Assembly: GCF_036321535.1 (NCBI RefSeq)
Contig: NC_087447.1
Span: 35,466,001-35,530,000 of the forward strand
Source: Camelus dromedarius
Lineage: Eukaryota
Length of the DNA stretch: 64,000 bases
Direction of reading: 5' to 3'
The notes under the pieces are model-generated. The model ran no database searches, was not told the origin of the DNA, and saw only the letters and a list, made by a program, of their open reading frames with translations. Numbering within the stretch: the stretch's first letter is position 1; every line of letters starts with the position of its first letter. The translations under genes and the position numbers were made by a program. This document shows, one piece after another, positions 63,060 to 64,000 of the stretch.

Positions 63060-63770
63060 ATTGTCCTGAGAACTACAGATACCGTGCTATAGAAATGCTG
63101 AGGATGGTGAAATTTCTCCTAACTGGTGGGTTGGGGAGACTTCATGGAGGATGTAGATTTCCGCTGAGTGTGAAAGATGGGCAGTATTTGATAGAAGGAC
63201 GTGGGAGGCCAGGACAGGAAAGGAGGGACTAGTGTAGACAGAGGCACAGAGAAGGAAATGCCCTTGATGTCACCAGATCATCAGTGAATGGTCCACTTTG
63301 GTTGAAACACAGAGTTCTTGTAGGGACAACATAGTGGAATATAAGGTTATAAAGGTGAACTATAACCTGTCCATAGATGAACTTAAATGTCTAGTTAAAA
63401 GATTCATGGTCTGTTCTATAGGCACAGGGGAGCCATTAGCACATTTTTAGCAGTGAAAGTTGCTAGTCAGAGCTGAGATTTAGAAAGGTTACCCTGGGTA
63501 CCCAATAAATTGGAGAGAATGGGAAACAGCAGAGAGGAAATAATTAGAAGCTATTGCAATTGTCCAGTACAGATGTTCCAAGGGCCTGAAATAGCACAGT
63601 GACAATGGGAAGGGAGAAAGGGGGCAACATGAGAGCAGAACCTGGGAGCAGAATTACAGAACTTGGTGATTGGCTGGACTTGGGGAGTGAGAGGAGGACT
63701 CAGAGATGATTTGGAGGTGACTGCCAGGATGATGACGCAACACGTAATAGGCAGAGGAGGGTCAGAAGGG
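63060..63770 (-). mobile_element. L2 LINE fragment
   Basis: gggagacttcatggagga...ggggagccattagcacatttttagcag...tttagaaaggttaccctgg...gaagctattgcaattgtccag...gaacttggtgattggctgga. Confidence 0.7.
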
Positions 63771-64000
63771 AAAACAGATTTGGGGGTGGAAGGGCTGGGG
63801 TGGTGGTAGATGATTTGTTTTGTTTTGTTTTGTGCAGGTGGGGTTTTGGGGGCTGGTGAATTGCCTGTTCCACATCTGTGCTCAATGCTTTTCACCATGA
63901 CTGCAGCCATCCCCTCTGACCTTCCTCTTTATTAAGCAAACTTTTGTCTACCTTGTGCAGGCCAGCTGAATGAAGTCCTCAGGTGGACCTTGTTTATCCT

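Larger units (their letters stand above)
7919..64000 (+). other. SERGEF: 5' part of a very long SERGEF intron (>56 kb)
   Basis: Starts with GT. The next expected exon (peptide about VSCGSEHNLAII, from memory) was not found by eye. Confidence 0.7.

Noticed and set aside
70..63910. Remaining 60-151 aa ORFs in the supplied track (e.g. 13203-13652, 18476-18931, 35394-35801)
   Set aside because: No recognisable domains, many non-ATG starts, low-complexity composition, and lengths expected by chance in intronic DNA.

Overview
Mammalian nuclear DNA, almost entirely intronic. The only supportable coding sequence is one 167-nt internal exon (7752-7918, + strand) of SERGEF (DelGEF), an RCC1-repeat protein. 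It has a canonical AG/GT boundary and encodes the RCC1-type motif VFTWGRADYGQLG. At least 7.7 kb of intron lies upstream and at least 56 kb downstream; I did not find the next SERGEF exon. Three tRNA-Ala-derived SINEs resembling Vic-1, and no Alu, Bov-A or CAN-SINE that I noticed, point to a camelid (alpaca, llama or camel). The rest is typical eutherian repeat landscape (MIR, L2, MER3, MER5A and other hAT DNA transposons, a nested ~5 kb L1 cluster, a (GTT)18 microsatellite) plus several repeat-poor stretches that could be enhancers. I found no new biological system. The most unusual details are a hairpin-loop micro-inversion of the B-box in one SINE, two short local duplications 1-1.5 kb from their partners, and an inverted L1 pair. 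Repeat family names come from my recall of consensus sequences, and old-repeat boundaries are approximate; confirm with RepeatMasker/Dfam. The other ORFs in the supplied track look like chance ORFs or L1 remnants.
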